The notes beneath the pieces were generated by a model. That model was not told where the DNA came from. It saw only the letters and a list, made by a program, of their open reading frames with translations, and ran no database searches. A DNA stretch of 64,000 nucleotides from Takakia lepidozioides (lineage: Eukaryota > Plantae > Bryophyta), in the NCBI GenBank assembly GCA_030704615.1, contig CM060733.1:16492001-16556000 (forward strand). Reading direction: 5' to 3'. Of the stretch, positions 11,582-22,254 are shown piece after piece. The position numbers and the translations under genes are program-made. Position 1 is the first letter of the stretch; every line of letters starts with the position of its first letter.

Positions 11582-14500
11582 ATGGCTTCCTCTGAAGCGG
11601 AGTTCTTCTCTGACGACAAACCAGTGCCGTTCTCCCAGGAAGTCCTTGACAATGGATTTGCAATTGTTCTGGAACATGTCTTGGCTACCCGTTTTCAGCT
11701 GCAGAATGGCTCCATCTTTTTGGAGAAAGAGGTGTACGATCTTAAAGGGAAGTTGGTGAAATATTCTTTCCAAAACCGTGATGAGACGGCTCATATCAGC
11801 CAGTGGAGAGTGCGTCCTGGTCGATACAGAGTACTTGGAGAGCCTCGGCGAAAGTCCCTTGGGTCATATGTGACGCCCGGGACTGCTGCTTCGGTCGTTG
11901 AAGACAAGAGGGAGGTGGTGGTGAAAAAAGAACAGACGTCCTCCACTCCAATCGTTGAGCTTTCGGATTCTTCCGATGATGACATAAGTGAAATTCCAAA
12001 TCCAGTCCTTCCTACTGTGGTTGGAGAAGCTGATGAAGAAGAGATTTGTAGTGTCATTCCAAAATTGCGGGCGATGGGAGGAATGGCTGGATTCAAAAGT
12101 GAGTTGCGGGGAATTGATTGGGAATCTTTGAAGCAGGTGCCTGTGAAGTTCTTGCCGGAGACTTTTGATGGCGATATCCTATTCGAGCTGCCTCCTCCTC
12201 CGCGAGTTGGAGGTGTAACAATCATGATGCATGGAATGGACAAGAAACACGACGGGCACCCGTGGTGCAGAACAAAAACATCCAATATTCAGAATGATGA
12301 CAAGCTTGTTTTCAGGAGGACAGTTTGCAATGGACACCTTAGGTGTGATAATTTGAATTGCAGACACTTTTTTCAGTCTGGGGTTCATAATCAAAGCGAA
12401 TGGGAGGGTCTGGCGGAAAATCCATTTCAGCCTGGGACTGCCCCTCCACCGGCAAACACTTTCGTCTGCAAATTCTGCAAACTTGTGCCATCCTGTTTGG
12501 CGCTCTGCGGAGCAAGAATGTACTATGTTGTCCACCGTTTGAATACAATGACGAGAGCTTGTGTGCATTTTGGATTCCATAACCATCCTGTCTCGAAGGG
12601 GGATTACAGGGAGAGTGTTGAGACAGTATCGAGGTTGATCAAACAGGAGTTCGGGAGAAACCCATCCGCAACAACATCTGCAATTGCTCTTGGCGCAAGC
12701 AAGTCCTTCTTGGAAAGCCATATTTTGAGTGAAGGAGATTCTGTGGGGACTAAACTTGACGGTGTAGCATTGGACCTGGTCATGGATCATTTCTCCACTT
12801 TAAGTTCACCTAACATTCGGCATCAGATCAATGCATTGAGAATGGGCTCTGGGATCAGAGGCTACATAGACAATATTTTGGAATTGAAACGAGTGAGCAA
12901 GTACGATTACATCCAGGACAATGTATTCCCAGGTCAAGGTGCCATCAAAGTTTTTCTTTTCAAAATGTCGACTGTTGGGAAGGGCAGTGGGGTTAGCCTC
13001 GTGAAGCGGATGCAGAAGACTGGGGACTTGCAGAACTGTTTTCTTATGTTTGATCATGTGAAACGAGTGAAGGATTGGACGACAATGGCTTGTCATGTCT
13101 ACGATCCAGTGTACCAACGAGTTATGACAATTGCAGTTTGTGACATGCAATCCGAGGATACGGAATCCCAGAAGCTCATGTGGAATTCCCTGATACGTGT
13201 CATGGGCTGCCATGGGCTGCCATCTCCAAATTTCGCAGGTTTCATGGCGGATAGTGCTCAAAGCAAATTTCAATGCTGTTCGTATTGTCTTCGGATCGGG
13301 CGACCCAAAAGTGCCTATGCCAGGAAGAGAGCGTACATGTCTATTCCATTGGACACAATCTCTAGAAAGACATCAAACCAGAGATGCAGACTCAGCACCG
13401 TAAATTGTGCAAAGAGTACAAAGATGCTAGAACAATGAAGGAGGCGGACACTTTGTTCCAGACAATTCGTGCATGGTGGTTCTCTTCTGGAGCTGCATCA
13501 CTTGAGAGTATGAGAGCATTGGAAGATTGGCTGGCGTTTTGGCACTTCCGTATAGACAGTGGGGAGCAGCCATGACAATGGTACGAGGCTTCTATTTCAT
13601 GCTTTATTCATACATTTGCTTTCCATATTTTTGACTCATTGCTTTCTTTATGTTGTTTCCTGTGCACTGTTCTGAAGTGTGGTTATCCTCTTTGCAGAAC
13701 ATGTCCATTGAGGAAATGGCGGACATGCCATCTTGCAATTTGGCAGAAACTGTGCACAACGCATGGTTGCAGCAGTCTGGGAAACGAGGTCGGGATTTGT
13801 ATGTGGCAACAACAGATGATTTGATACGTGCCTTGCAACAACAAACCCGATACCGTGATTTCTTACGAGGTGGGGTTGGTGGCAAGGGTCCGGACAAATG
13901 GGAGTTGATGTTGCGTGCTGCAAACAGATCTGGGGATCCAATCAAGATAGCACGGGCGGTGAGCATGTATGCCCAGGGAACGCCACTTGTTTCTAGAGTT
14001 CCACATCTTGAAGGGGAGGAGAGATTCGGCTCCTGTAAGAGGAAATTGAACACTCCACCTGGTTCGGATTCAGATTCCCACAGGGCAGACCGTGATAACT
14101 TCTCGAAGCCTCATGTTCCCCTGCATGACAGCTCCATGTCCGGAACCTCCATTGTGGAGGAACCTCCAACACGACGGCAAGCTCCAGCATCAAACAGTGC
14201 CACTGAAATGGTGCAGGAGAGAAACAACCCCCTTGATGTGCTTGAGTCCGCATGCCCCGACCACGTTTGGCACATAGAACGCACAAGTGTAGGGTCTCGT
14301 GTGAAATGTACAGCGATCAGGGCAACTAATTTCGAGAAGTGCACTTCATCTATATCCAGAGGTGGTGCTCGAACTCCTGCTCCGACTTTCACGGGCTTGA
14401 TGCGTCCATACGGTCAACCAGAAGCCAAGAACCACAAGTTTTGGTTCTGCGCAGATGATTGTGCCAGATGTGTGCATGGAACTGTGCGTCCTTCCGTAGT

Positions 14501-15083
14501 GATGAAGCCAACTCCTCCAACCGTTTGGCCTGTGAAGGTGGGAACACATCTCAGCTTTCAGGAGATTGAAATGCTGGAGGAGGCAGGTTTTTCCCTTGCG
14601 AGACAACCCCAACTCCATGCATGTGCTACTACTTCTGCGTCCTCCCGGGTCCCCCCGGCAAATCCTGACTTGTGGCCAACCAAACGAGATGGAAAGCTCG
14701 TTCGGCGTTTCCCTCCAACCGCTGAACACTTTGGCAAAGTGGAGTCCGCAAGAATGCTCCAAGCTCGTGTTGGAAGCACCACGGAAGTACCCGATCCAGG
14801 ATACGGTCGGGTATTCACAATCATCACTTCCACATCTGCTGTTCATGACAGGACCTACGACATCACGGTTTCCAATTTCCCCAATTGCACATGTCCTGAT
14901 TTTGTGAATATGCTATCAACCAGTTTGGGCAAGAGAGGTAAATTCATACCCTGCAAACATTTGTATTTCATATTTTTGAGGAGGATGGTTTGCGATCCCA
15001 AACGTGACAACTTCATTCACCAGGCCACTATGAGTTTCAACGAGGTCGATACTCTTTTGCAGCGGGATACAACACATGGGTAG
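11582..15083 (+). CDS. MULE transposase: GCM-like zinc domain, DDE core, Cys-rich domain and SWIM finger (frameshifts at ~13260-13550; intron 13581-13697)
   Basis: DGHPWCRTKTSN..VCNGHLRC..C..CKFC..C..HNHP (WRKY/GCM-like); catalytic MFDHVKR, FMADSAQ, CLFHW (CxxH) and CNLAETVHN; SWIM CTCPDF..CKHLYFI. Confidence 0.9.
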
Positions 15084-15534
15084 CATGAACTATGTAATGT
15101 GGTATGTGGATGACCATGATTTGAAATGTGTAATTCACATCAATTCGTCGGCTGTGCAATGATATGGCCTCCAACTATACGGAGTCAGCTCTGAGTGACA
15201 ACTTTTAGGTAGTGCACATTTGTCATTGCACCGTTCGAAGTCTACATGTCTTGCTGTCGCTATGCACTACAATCATCTTTTGAAGATGATCCTAACTCTC
15301 ATTGTTATTTGAGGAGGGAGGAAGGTCTTCCCGTGGCAGCCTTTATGGCGCACACTTTGTGAGGATATTTTGTCGTCCTCGTAATTATAAAAGTGAAACA
15401 AGCATTTGTAATTGCACACTGTTGGATGCTGCAATTGTAGGCCTCAATGCTCGTCTTGATTCTATTTAGGCAAGATTCCCTGCATTAATTCCACGGTCAT
15501 AGGACCATCCACGGTTATAGGCGGCGCATGTTAA

Positions 15535-15695
15535 TGGTGACGTGGCAGATGACGGACAGTGCCATGTCATCATTTACCGCCACATCAGCATGCTGACATG
15601 ACGCTCACGCCACGTCAGCGTGTGTGCAGGCTCATGCCACGTCACTCCTGCGTGAGCGTACGCTCGCGCGCAACGCTCACGCCATTGCGTCGTTG
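15535..15695. repeat. Right subterminal GCCACGTCA repeats and TIR
   Basis: tgacgtggca at 15538, gctcacgccacgtca at 15603, gctcatgccacgtca at 15630; terminus gctcacgccattgcgtcgttg. Confidence 0.85.
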
Positions 15696-16349
15696 AAGCC
15701 CAAGGAAGGGCAGAGAGGACCTCAGATGCATGGATCTCTCCCTTCATTTGCTGGCCAACAACGGGCGGATGTGGTGTGCTGGACATGTGGAGGACCCCAT
15801 GTCAAGAAGGATTGCCCAGAGGGAGGCAATGGGTTGGCACCGACACAGCCTACACAGTTGCAGTGTAGGCATTGTGGCAAGTACGGGCATGGAGAAGCCC
15901 AGTGCTATGGTTTGCATCCTGAGTTGCGCCCAGGCCAGTTCCAAGGGAACAATGGTGGCCGGGGGCGAGGTGGAGCAGCCCAGAGAGGACGAGGTGGCCA
16001 GGCACGAGGTGCAGGCCAAGGGCAAGCTCAACATGGCCAAGGACGAGGAGGTCAGGGTGGTGACCAAGGCATGGCCAACCGGCTTCAGCAGCCAGAGCAA
16101 AGGCTCGCTGCCATGGCCACAGCTCAGGTGGTACCGGCTCTAAGGCCGGATGGTCCACCTCCTGCTCCTGAGGGAGGAGACATAGGAGGCATGGGATTCA
16201 TGTGCGGGGCAGCATTACCACTAGTGAGGGGTACCACTACCACTACCACTGTGGGTGGGGCAGCACTACCACTAGTGCCGGGCAGCACTGCCACTAGTGC
16301 AAGTGGAGTCGGTTGCGGTAGTGACTCGAGGAGCAGCACGAGTTCCTGA
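15696..16349 (+). pseudogene. gag 3' half with two zinc knuckles and an RG-rich region
   Basis: CWTCGGPHVKKDC, CRHCGKYGHGEAQC, then GRGRGG repeats. Confidence 0.88.
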
Positions 16350-16899
16350 GCCATGGGATGCGGAGGTGGAGTTGGATCCACAGCGTGGGGAGGCAAGCTG
16401 TCAGGCCAGGCTTCCTCAGTCATTCACATTAGCAGAGACAGTGTCGACGCCATCCATTGCATCTAGTTCTCGCCCGACTGTTACCGAGGCGGAGGTTACT
16501 ATGCCATTGGGGAGAGCTACACGGGCACCTCATGGGCAGCACCACTACCTAGTGTTGCCAAGGCTACGGCAGCTAGTGTGCTGCTGGGGGCGGCCACATT
16601 GGTGTTCCAGGCTCCATTGATCTCGGCTACCATGATTGCGATGCCGGGGGTAAGACCAGCTGAGGTGTTCAGGCTGGCAGCTACACTCTGTGAGAGTGGG
16701 GAGGTTACTTTATCTTCTGTGGAGATAGTAGGAGGTGTAGTGCCGGAGGGATCCTCGGATGTGAGGGTCAAGACTGCCACGGCGGCGCCATGACAAGCTG
16801 CAGCTGCCAGATTGATGGAGCTGCCGGCTAGGCCAGCCATTGAGCGCGCCCTGGTGACACCTGGAGTTGTCATGTTAGACAACCAGGATGATATTTTCT

Positions 16900-17333
16900 G
16901 TTTGAATGAACCGGCAGGCAACAGGTATCGGCCACTGTGAGTCTTGTTGGACTCGGGAGCTCAGCCATTGATGTTGGGCAAAGCTGCTATTGCAGGCTTG
17001 GGCCTCACAGAGGCGGATATGGAGCCGTGCCCTTTCCAGATACAGACATCTCTGGGAGAATCAGAGCAGGCTCGGGGCATGACACGACGAGAGTTGGCTA
17101 TCCGACTATAGCCGGATCATCCTACAGATAGCTCAATGATGAGAGCCAAGGCCATTGTGACAGACGCGGTCTCGTACGATGTCCTTGTTGGTGGGGCAGT
17201 GTTGTACCCCATGGGCTTCACCCTGGATTTTTGGGAGGAGTCAGCTTCCTATAGGCCTGGATGGCAGTTAGGGGAGGGCCGGCGTGTGCAGCTCCCTGTG
17301 ACATTCATAGGAGGAGTTGCGGTTGCCCAGTGA
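16900..17333 (+). pseudogene. Retropepsin-type aspartic protease (frameshifted)
   Basis: gtcttgttggactcgggagctcag = VLLDSGAQ at ~16941; downstream SYDVLVGGAVL. Confidence 0.8.
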
Positions 17334-17599
17334 GGCAAGATGCCGACACTGGCAGCATTCAAGCTGCAGTGACTTGGCCTGGAGAGTTGTTGGATTGCAA
17401 CACTCATTCAAAGGATGTGTCACCTCCGGGAAAGCATGATGACATGTATGGTATGGCGGAGTTGCCTGCCATGGTTGCTCAGACTCCATTGTGGGGCTCG
17501 AGCAAGGATTTGCAGCGGGTTGCTGAGTCTCGTGTGCAACAAGCCTGGGTAGAGGCTTTTGTACCGTCAAGAGAGGAGGACAGTGCGGGGATTGCACCA

Positions 17600-18200
17600 A
17601 GACCATCTCAGTTGTCACCATTGGACACCACACTGATCGTGTGGCAGTGTTCGGATGAAGGCATTTGCCTTCTGGACTTGTTTGGCGGGATCAGCACCGG
17701 ATTGACTACTGTACTACAGCTTGTATGTGGAGAGGGATGAGACCGCACGACGCGTCTCCCTACGTCATGTTGCTCAGTTGGTGCAGCAATACCCTGAGTT
17801 ATTGCCGGTGTCTGCAGTTTGTGGATATCAGCAGGCCTTGCCAGCAGACATTTCGTTGCTGGGGGCGCAACTGTAGTGGGGTCACGGGCTTTTCGTTCAC
17901 GGCTATGGTCGACTAACTTGATGCCACCCGCACTGCTCAAGCGTGCATTTGATGGGGTGCAGCGGCCAGCACAACTCACACTGGATAGCATTTTGGACAC
18001 ATGGAGGCAGTCTCAGCGTGTAAGACACGATGATCGTACGCCTTTGGCAGTGGTCAACAAGGTGGGTCAACCACAAGCAGCACTACCTACACTCCTCAGC
18101 TTCCCAGGATCGCATGCCTTCCGGGATAATGGACCTGGCCTCATGTGGGATGCTCAGCTGCAGCAGTTAGTGGAGCCTAATGCCGACGAGCGAGAGCGAA
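17600..18200 (+). pseudogene. Retrotransposon-borne C5-cytosine DNA methyltransferase, internally deleted
   Basis: Motif I CLLDLFGGISTG; II YVERDETARR (unlisted frame at ~17724); III LPADISLLG; VIII-like GSRAFRSRLWSTN; IX-like LVEPNADERER. Motifs IV (PC) and VI (ENV) are missing, apparently through a deletion near 17870. Confidence 0.8.
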
Positions 18201-19385
18201 CCCATTGCCTCCCTCTGGGCAATCCTTCTTGACATGGGGTCCTCCACATGTCCAGCACACCACATCCGCCCGTTGTTGGCCTGCAAATGAAGGGAGAGAT
18301 CCATGCATCTGAGGTCCCCTCTGTCCTTCCCTGGGCTTCACCTGAGCCCCCTTGTTGCCTTGAGCACGTTGGGGGTAGTGGTTGGCTAGGAGCACCACTA
18401 CCCCATGGTGTCTCCTTAGCAAATCCCACCATAACCACTCTTCCTTCACCATGTTGAGCTCTATCCGCTCTGCCAGCAAAAACACATTTGCTAAGGTGGG
18501 TTGGGCTGCTTGTAGGAGAATTGCATCCCACGCCCTTCTCCTCAGCTCCTTGTTCAATATCCCATACCAGAATTGGACTGTTTGAGCCTCCGTAACCCCT
18601 TGGGTTACATTAATCAAGCGCCTCATGCGAGTAAAAGCCTCTCTCAAGCTCTCAGTAGGCTTCCTCTGGAACTCTTGCAAGCTCCTCAACTTCTCTGTCT
18701 TCACCTCTTGGTAGTTCCTTCTCAACTCTTCGAAGAACTCCACAACAGGGTTGAAGGCAGGCACGGGCACTGGTACTGGTACAGCAGTAGCTTGGGTGGA
18801 CGTCGTAGCCTCTGTACCACTAGTCCCACTGCTGCTTGTGGAAGCTGCCGGTGTGGCTGCTGCCCTTGCCCCTCTAGTACCTCTAGTGATGGAGACATAG
18901 TCGGGTGATCAGTACATCCTCCACTCCTCGATCTCAACATCGTGCCCCGCCCAAACTCATGGTAATCATCCATGGGCGGCCCTTCAAGGTGCTGAAACAG
19001 TCCCTTCCATGCCATGAAAGGCGTAAACAGTTGTGGATTACGCATTTGCTGCAAGTCACACCAATTATCAAACTCTTAGGTAAAATCATCCAACTCAATC
19101 GTGCCCACAGCCCCAGAGTACCGTCGTGGCCCCTTGGTAGCTCCATACATCTCCTCCATTGTATCCCACAACAATGGCAAGGAAACAACTTGCACCGCCG
19201 GTGTGAGTCCTCCTGATTCACACTCCGAATCAGAACCTTCCGTAGAAGACACAGGAGGTGAAGGTGGCCTAAACCGCAGATCCCGTCTCGTGTACCCGCT
19301 AGTATCGCTAGTGCTCGTACCGACACTCTCCCCAACAACTAGTGGCACCTCCGTGTTGACAAACTGACACTCAACTGGTCATGAA
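18201..19385 (-). pseudogene. Second gag copy of the same gypsy family, inverted and without the MULE insertion
   Basis: Near-identical to 3270-4243 plus 15696-15835; reads GNKGAQVKPREGQRGPQMHG without a break. Confidence 0.92.
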
Positions 19386-19387
19386 CA

Positions 19388-19625
19388 TGTCCCTAACCCC
19401 CTCTCCACAAGGTAACCGAGTAGAGAACCCGATGCGGCTTATGGTTTGGAATACTAGGTTCCTAACATAGCCTGCACCTGCATCCACCGCAGGCACTCCC
19501 ATGGTTGGCTGGTCATCACCTCCAACCTCACCATAGGAGAAACAAAGATAGTCTGACTGGTCATCAACCCAGCCTCACCATCGACAGCATGCTCTAGGGT
19601 TGGATCGGCGATCAAGCTCGAGTCT
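19388..19625 (-). repeat. Probable partial 5' LTR of the inverted gypsy copy
   Basis: On the minus strand it ends ...ggggttagggACA just before the gag leader; the far boundary is unclear. Confidence 0.4.
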
Positions 19626-19748
19626 ACCACCTATAAAATCAAGCGCCCACACAAAGCTAAACGCTCATCAACTCTGTCGATTCTGCTGTTTCTTGCTGTG
19701 CTGTTTCTTGCTCTAGTTCCTCTTCACGTTCTTCTCCTGCATTGTATC

Positions 19749-20263
19749 ATGTCCACCACGACGACGACATCGGATAGGTCGGAGAGTGCAGCTGATGTGG
19801 TGGATTCGCATGGGGAAGTACCTGTGACACAGACTCATGTTGGGAAGCGACCTGGAAAGAGACCACGACAGACGAATTGGTCTGAAAGGGAAATGCACTG
19901 GCTTGCAGTTGCGAAGAAAGAGGAATGGGAAGCATGGAAGGAATCTACTGCCCGGGGGAATATGTCGTGGACAGGGTGAAGTGGGAAAAGGTGGTTCGGT
20001 TCATGGAGAGCCACGGGGTGAGGGACCGTGATATGGTCAGCTGCACCAACAAATGGAATATGATAGCAAAATTGTATAGAGATATCCGAGGACATCAGCT
20101 CCACGCGACAGACAATCAGGATTACTGGGGCATGGATGGCAAGGAGCGAGTAGCTCTAGGCCTTCCAATGGCATTTAGCAAGGACCTTTACAGCGGCATG
20201 GACTTTTTGGCGGAGCGAGCATGCAATGCTCCGCGAGCCACTTCGAGCAGCATGCACATGCAG
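19749..20263 (+). pseudogene. Myb/SANT-like (trihelix) DNA-binding protein, Harbinger accessory type
   Basis: NWSEREMHWL..KWEKVVRFM..RDMVSCTNKWNMI..YWGMDGKERVALGLP; frameshift at ~19955; TATA-like ctataaaat at 19631; splice donor at ~20264. Confidence 0.85.
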
Positions 20264-20754
20264 GTAAGCTTTTGCAGATAATCCTCTTTTATATGGTTAC
20301 ACTCATGCTAAACAGTCAGGAATTTTGAAGTATGCAAACCCCGGCTGCTTGCAATGAGGTAGAATTCTGAGTTGGTTCTTAGTTTGCAAGTTGAGGTCAA
20401 ATTTGTCTGAACTACAACCAAGCAGCAGCCTCAACTGCTAGAAACAACATTGGCAAGCAGATTGTGATGGAGTCTAGGGTCAGCCACAAAGTCAAGAAGG
20501 TTACCAACATGACATTTGTCCATGACAACAGCTGCATCCGTATATAGTTTGAAACTTGGTGAACAGAGGTGCAGGGACAATGTCTTTGATCCTCCTAAAG
20601 AGGGTCACTCTCTGGAGAATATCCTGGACAATGTATCAGAAAACGAATACTGTCTTCAGGCTGGCAGCACAGAGAGCAATGAAATGAAATGGTATTTTAA
20701 AGAGTACCATTTCTGCCCGCAGAGAGACAGAGAGGAGATAGACAAAGATAGGCA

Positions 20755-21190
20755 AGTGATTTTGCCCGGTCGTAGATGATGTGGAAGTTTTGCTGCTGGA
20801 AGTTCCCGATGATGGACATACTAGAATCTGGGGAGCCAAGAATTGCAAGGCAGAGGACCTCCTCATCAGGGTCAGGTTGAATAAAAACATTCTTCCTGGG
20901 GAGTTGCCAAACTGTGCCATTTTACAAATACAATACTGAATGTGGGCAAAGAGGGGTCGGGGTTTTGTGAAATGTCGTAACATAAGTCCAGGGGTTGCAT
21001 GGGATCAGCTAGATGGGTAGAGACACTTTGGACTCAAATGCAGCCCGCACTGGAAGGTAAGCTGACGCAGTCAAATATATGAGAGTTGTACCAGAATCAA
21101 CAACGGTGCCACCACCCCTTCACTGTTGATGTTCCATGTGCTTTCTGGAATAGTGAGGTTTTCTCCCCCAACAAGCTGCGAGATATTAGT
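20755..21190 (-). pseudogene. Captured fragment of a plant A1 aspartic protease (C-terminal lobe)
   Basis: Hand translation: VGGENLTIPESTWNINSEG / GGTVVDSGTTLIYL..AYLPVRAAF / DLCYDIS / VLCLAILG / SIIGNFQQQNFHIIYD. Confidence 0.85.
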
Positions 21191-21782
21191 TATCATAGTT
21201 CAAGGGTTTTCATAAGGGAAAAGTTTCATGTAGTATCTTTTCTACTTCCATACATTCCCAAAAACTGGTTTTCCAGCAAGGATATGTAAAGGGAGGTATG
21301 GAGACAGATCTGGATAGACAGTTTGATGGTACTGCCTACATTAGGCTGTATATTGATGTCATTAAAAAGAGGCAAACAAAGCACATTGTGCTTAGTGTTT
21401 CCTTGTGACATGCTATGTGAATCTCTCTCAGGTTGCCCTTTCACAATAGGAAACAAGTAAGAGTGGGACATTAAAGTTTAACCTCGGCGAGATCATTCAC
21501 ACGAATTCCAAGGAGGAGACCAGTGGCATTTTTCAGCAGCTGTGCCAAAAGTGTTGTCTGTATCCTCCACTTCCCACACCACCCTTTCATTAGTCTGCAC
21601 ATACATTTTTTAAGAGCATGCGCACAGTTCAATAAGTACACAATTGCACACTTGCTATTGGGCTTGTGTGGGGCGTCTCATTTTACAAGAAAGGGAATAG
21701 GGTGGAGACTGACATGCATGTGGTATATATCAGAATGCCAATCCTCACAGCCTAATTTGTCCCATTCAATTCTAAGTCTTAC

Positions 21783-21968
21783 CTTGCCTGCACCCAAAAA
21801 TCCTGACAGAAGAGTGACCGGCACTTTGGCAGGTCTTGACTGGCGTTGCCACGCTCTGGCAGCGAACGCAACCACTGCCAGAAGCAGGCCAGCCCCTACT
21901 CCCCAGAATGTTGCTACACGCTGCCTGTCTCTACCATCTGCTGCCATATTCCTGCCATTACAAAACAC
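21783..21968 (-). pseudogene. Captured exon of a CobW/COG0523-like P-loop GTPase
   Basis: KVPVTLLSGFLGAGK ending at a gtaag donor; no further exons seen. Confidence 0.75.
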
Positions 21969-22105
21969 CTGTTATATCTTCTTGCCTCCCGGATACATTA
22001 GCCATGGGGACTGCAGCTACTGGTCGCTTGTTGAGCAGAGTGCCATTCAGGCTGCCCGTGTCCATCAGCTCCCACTTTGCTGCCTGCAACCACTCAAATG
22101 CCGTC

Positions 22106-22254
22106 ATTCACTCATCTTAATCCAGTCTCTTAGAAACCACTCTTGTTGCCAACTTATACCCTTGTCCAACTGTTTCGGGAAATTCACTCATCTTAATCCA
22201 GTCTCTTAGAAACCACTCTTGTTGCCAACTTATACCCCTTGTCCAACTGTTTCG
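22106..22254 (+). repeat. Tandem duplication, period 76 bp
   Basis: attcactcatcttaatccagtctcttagaaaccac...tgtttcg occurs at 22106 and 22182. Confidence 0.9.

Larger units (their letters stand above)
4244..15695. mobile_element. Mutator-like (MULE) DNA transposon, 11,452 bp, with transposase and a divergent ParB-like/MTase-like accessory gene
   Basis: 9-bp TSD; imperfect 21-bp TIRs CAGGGATGCCTCGGCGTGAGC and CAACGACGCAATGGCGTGAGC (reverse complement); GCCACGTCA repeats near both ends; MULE-type DDE transposase. Confidence 0.92.
3270..18200 (+). mobile_element. Ty3/gypsy element (gag, protease, C5 DNA methyltransferase), interrupted by the MULE at 4244-15695 and broken at 18200
   Basis: The gag frame ..GNKGAQVKPK resumes after the insertion as EGQRGPQMHGSLPSF, followed by zinc knuckles, a DSGA protease and DNMT motifs. 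Confidence 0.88.

Noticed and set aside
21523-22209. 228-aa ORF (and similar shadow ORFs such as 3036-3770 and 30806-31438) as real genes
   Set aside because: No recognisable motifs; they overlap real coding segments in other frames or on the opposite strand.
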